Source: Eledone cirrhosa | Taxonomy: Eukaryota | NCBI GenBank assembly: GCA_964016885.1 | Contig: OZ024750.1 | Coordinates: forward strand, 43,710,001 to 43,774,000 | Reading direction: 5' to 3' | DNA length: 64,000 nucleotides | Position numbers and translations under genes: made by a program | In this document: in pieces, positions 56,657-64,000 of the stretch | Layout: every line of letters starts with the position of its first letter | Position numbering within the stretch: position 1 is the first letter of the stretch | The notes under the pieces: generated by a model | Databases searched by the model: none | Told to the model about the DNA's origin: nothing | The model's input: the letters and a program-made list of their open reading frames with translations, nothing else

Positions 56657-56715
56657 AATATGGTTTTATAAATATAGTTTTCCATTTATTTAATATTGTA
56701 TATATATAAATATAA

Positions 56716-56804
<89 letters not shown>

Positions 56805-56807
56805 AAT

Positions 56808-56858
<51 letters not shown>

Positions 56859-56907
56859 AATATATATATATATATTTAAATATATATATATATATTTAAA
56901 TATATAA

Positions 56908-56941
<34 letters not shown>

Positions 56942-56985
56942 ATTTATATATATATATATATATAAATATATATATATATATTTAA

Positions 56986-57053
<68 letters not shown>

Positions 57054-57160
57054 ATATATAAATATATATATATATAAACAATTAAGTTAAAAATCAAGTC
57101 AGTCATACAAAAGTGAGTTACAAACGAAACGAAATTTAATTTCGTTTCGTTATTTGTTTT

Positions 57161-57225
<65 letters not shown>

Positions 57226-57232
57226 AGATATT

Positions 57233-57263
<31 letters not shown>

Positions 57264-57747
57264 ATATTTATATATTTAAATATATATATATATTTATATA
57301 TATTTATATATATAGTAGAATGATCGAGAATCGGAATATCGGCGCACGAAATCACAATAAACAATATCCGACATGTGTGGCAGAGGGCTCAATGATTTGG
57401 ATAAATCAGAGGTATAACTATCGTTAAAATACCAACACATAGAGATCATGCCTAAAATCACCCGTGCAGCCGAAAAAGAACGACCAGGAAGATTCGGGTC
57501 ACTCAAATAAAATATCAATAAATTAAATGAATTTATATATATATATATATATATAAATATATATATATAAATATATATATATATAAATATATATATATAA
57601 ATATATAAATATATATATATAAATATATATTTATAATTATATATTTATAATTATATATTTATAATTATATATTTATAATTATATATTTATAATTATATAT
57701 ATATAAATATATATATATAAATATATATATATAAATATATATATATA

Positions 57748-57779
<32 letters not shown>

Positions 57780-57797
57780 AATATATAAATAAATATC

Positions 57798-57831
<34 letters not shown>

Positions 57832-57838
57832 AATATAT

Positions 57839-57869
<31 letters not shown>

Positions 57870-58026
57870 AATATATATATATAAATATATGTATATATAT
57901 ATAAATATAAATATATAAATATATATATATATATAAATATATATATATAAATATATGTATATATGTATATATATATAAATATAAATATATAAATATATAT
58001 ATATATATACATATATATATAAATAC

Positions 58027-58097
<71 letters not shown>

Positions 58098-58341
58098 TAT
58101 ATGTATATATATATATATAAATATATATATAAATATATATATATATTTATTAAAATAAATTATTATTACTATATAAATATATATATATATATATATATAA
58201 ATATATATATATATGTATATATAAATATATATATATATGTATATATAAATATATATATATATGTATATATAAATCTATATATATATGTATATATAAATGT
58301 ATATATATATATATATAAATATATATATAAATATATATATA

Positions 58342-58407
<66 letters not shown>

Positions 58408-58799
58408 AATATATTTAATACAATAACAGCGATAGTTTAAAGCTAAACTCTGACTGGTAATCATCTCACTCAACAAACATTGGGTTATATTTTAATATAA
58501 ACCCAATTTAAGTGTTTGGGGTGCTAACAATATGTATTTTGTGGAAAAGCCAGTTGTATTATTTTATGAGATATAATTAAAGTTAAGATACATCTCTCTT
58601 TCCAAACAATTGTTTCATTATATGTTTTCTACAAATTGGGAGAATATTTACAGTTTATGTAGAAGCCTAATATACATTCATGTAAGAATATATTTAGGTG
58701 GATGCTTATAAATCATCAGCGGAAGCCCATTAAACTTTGATATAAGAAAAAAATTCTTACCGCAGTTAAAAATCGTGTCTGTTAAGTTGCTCCTTCTCG

Positions 58800-59344
58800 C
58801 ATCGAATGACCGCCAAATTCTTACGACAAAAATTCTGAGCGGACCGTCTCCTGGCGGGACAAATTTATCCCCCATAAGCCTTAGTCCCCCTGACGTCCCA
58901 TTTGATTTTACGAGACGCAGTTTCCCGTAAAACTCTGCTTTGCAATGAGTATCAACAAGGCACAGCGACATTCGTTGCAACTAGTTGGCCTAAATCTGAC
59001 ACAGCAGGTATTTACCCACGGTCAACTATACGTCGGGTGCTCACGCGTCAGCAGCCCACACAATCTCTACATCTGTGGTAATCCGGGTAATACCAGGAAC
59101 GTTGTCTACAAAGAAGCCCTGCAACAACACCTTTGAAGCTTCCTCCATTCCTCTTCCGTCGCCACTCAACGTCTCTCAACGCTTTTCACGTCGCTCCACT
59201 TCTCATTGTCCGCCGTCCAGCCCCAAGTGCATATTTCTATTTTTTCCCTGATACTGCTTCTTTATAATAAACTTTCAATAATATTTTTCAAATTATTAAC
59301 TTTATAAATAGTGGCCCCCGGGTGCAACCGGGCTCAGCTGCTAG
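58800..59344 (+). mobile_element. Helitron 3' end with PIF1-like helicase C-terminal remnant (5' boundary unclear)
   Basis: DVPFDFTRR/FPVKLCFAMSINKAQ..LNLTQQVFTHGQLYVGCSRV..TRNVVYKEAL, then a CCCGG..CCGGG hairpin and CTAG|T. Confidence 0.88.
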
Positions 59345-59429
59345 TATATATATAAACGAAGATAAGACGTTATATAGGAGAAAGGAAAATTATAAGAGGA
59401 GAACCAGTGTAGATGTGTGTGGGAATAGG

Positions 59430-60500
59430 GGAATGAGAGGGATGTTGGAATGAGAAGGATGATGGAATGAGAGGGATGATGGAATGAGAGGGATGATGGA
59501 ATGAGAGGGATGATGGAATGAGAGGGATGGATGATGGAATGAGAGGGATGTTGGAATGATAGGGATGATGGAATGAGAGGGATGTTGGAATGAGAGGGAT
59601 GTTGGAATGAGAGGGATGTTGGAATGAGAGGGATGATTGAAAGAGAGGGATGATGGAATGAGAGGGATGATGGAATGAGAGGGATGTTGGAATGAGAGGG
59701 ATGATGGAATAGGAGAAAAACAAACAAAACAAAAAACAAAATAAAGAGCTATAAATAAACAAAGCACAATACAAAAATACAAAAATAAAAAAAGTGTAAA
59801 GTGTAGTGTTGAAATCTAAAGGTAGAAGTATTATGGAGAGAATGTTGAGGAGTGAAGGACTGAAACAAAGAAGTGAATATATAAATAAAAGAGCAACATT
59901 TGAGAGGAAATGAGTTGAGACGATTGTGAAAGTGAAAGTAATAAAAAGGTAGAGAGGGGTGTGTTGGTGGTGGTGAGTGTAGAGAGGGGTGTGTTGGTGG
60001 TGGTGAGGGTAGAGAGGGCTGTGTTGGTGGTGGTGGTGGTGGTGGTGGGGTGGTAGAAAGGACTGTGTTGGTGGTGGTGGTGGGTGGTAGAGAGGAGTGT
60101 GTTGGTGGTCGTGGTGGGGTGGGCGGTGGTGGTGGTGATGATAGAGTGGTGGGTGTTGGTAGAGAGGAGTGTATTGGTGGTGGTGAGGGAAGAGAGGGGT
60201 GTGTTGGTGGTGGTGGTGGGGTGGTAGAGAGGAGTGTGTTGGTGGTGGTGGTGGGGTGGTAGAGAGGAGTGTGTTGGTGGTCGTGGTGGGGTGGGCGGTG
60301 GTGGTGGTGATAGAGAGTGGTGGGTGTTGCTGGTAGAGAGGAGTGTATTGGTGGTGGTGAGGGTAGAGAGGGGTGTGTTGGTGGTGGTGGTGGGGTGGTA
60401 GAGAGGAGTGTGTTGGTGGTGGTGGTGGTAGAGAGGAGTGTGTTGTTGTTGTTGTTGGTTGTGGTGGTAGAGATGAGTGTGATGGCGGTGGTGGTGGTAG
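59430..60500. repeat. 17-bp GGAATGAGAGGGATGAT array and GGTAGAGAGGAGTGTGTT(GGT)n minisatellite
   Basis: Direct inspection. Confidence 0.9.
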
Positions 60501-60649
60501 AGAGCACTGGGTTGTGGTGGGGGAGATGGTGGTGGTGTGGTGGGAGTGTAGTTTATGGCGGCGAAGAGGCAATCTGGCAAGATATAGAAACAAAATGTCG
60601 GGCATGATTGTAAACAAACAGAGAAACGATCCATCCAGGAATCCTGATT

Positions 60650-63196
<2,547 letters not shown>

Positions 63197-63623
63197 GTAC
63201 GAACGTGTGCGTGTGTTTGAGTGTACAAGTAGATGTTTGGATCAATAAACGAAAGCTAAAAACAAAGATATTACGTACACAATACATAGAAGAAGATAAT
63301 AGTTATTGATTATAGTTCTTATATGATCTGAAGAGCAAACTCTACCGTTGGAGACTAACGAAGATATAGTTAGTGGTTTGGTGCCAAGAGGTAATCTGTG
63401 TTTTTAGAGGATTACCTGATGATAGAGTCTGGTGGTAGGTTGTTGGTAAACAAACTAAAATTTCGTATGTACATGGAGAACTTCCTGTTTGTAAAATGAA
63501 AAATATTATTTTTCAATAAGCGAAAGAAAATTATATATTTATGTTGCCAGAATCAAATACCGTTTGATTAAGTCAGAGAATGTTTAAGGTTAATTTTTCG
63601 ATAGAAACTGATATTAATTTTTT

Positions 63624-63680
<57 letters not shown>

Positions 63681-63716
63681 ACCAGATTCAGACAGAATGG
63701 ATAATGCGTATCTTAA

Positions 63717-64000
63717 TAGTTAAGAAGTTCACTTTATAATCGTTAACTCTCAGGTTCGATCCCACCGCGTGACATCTTGGGAAAGTGACTCACTGGTTAA
63801 GAAGCTCATTTTGTCATCGTTAGCTTCGTGGTTCGATCCCACCGCGTGACATCTTGGGAAAGTGACTGACTGGTTAAGAAGCTCATTTTGTCATCGTTAG
63901 CTTCCTGGTTCGATCTCATTGCGTGACATCTTGGGCAAGTGACTCACTGGTTAAGAAGCTCATTTTCTCATCGTTAGCTTCGTGGTTCGATCCCACCGCG
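63717..64000 (+). repeat. 77-bp tandem array derived from a tRNA/CORE-SINE head
   Basis: Units start at 63717, 63794, 63871 and 63948. Each has TGGTTAAG, a B box GGTTCGATCCC and CORE-like CTTGGG(A/C)AAGTGAC. Confidence 0.8.

Larger units (their letters stand above)
53358..56701 (-). mobile_element. Naiad/Chlamys-type PLE, 5'-truncated, with an inverted pLTR copy at its 5' end
   Basis: ~580-bp inverted arms (53443-54024, 56105-56701) and a tail 53358-53442. Hammerheads at 53488-53552 (-) and 56591-56656 (+), with a GIY-YIG ORF inside. Confidence 0.88.

Overview
This is eukaryotic, very AT-rich DNA dominated by (TA)n/(TACA)n microsatellites and transposable elements. The tRNA-derived SINE families and the microsatellite load suggest an octopus or other coleoid cephalopod, which is an inference. 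I cannot support any host protein-coding gene, and nearly all long ORFs in the track are microsatellite artefacts. The real coding remnants are a Penelope-like element (PLE) with RT and GIY-YIG at 33.2-35.8 kb, a Naiad/Chlamys-type PLE at 53.4-56.7 kb, a young 5'-truncated R4/Dong LINE in (TAA)n, a second R4-like fragment, a CR1-group LINE and a Helitron helicase tail. Non-coding elements include many SINEs, five copies of a ~605-bp bipartite non-autonomous RTE element, a non-autonomous Helitron and a likely housekeeping promoter at 48.3-48.5 kb. The most striking pattern is a dense set of short fold-back elements sitting in (TA)n tracts that carry type I hammerhead ribozyme motifs. There are about 20 such motifs (intact or decayed) from several families, often one on each strand, and some have 60-85-nt branched stem II insertions. 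All structures were read by eye and not computed.
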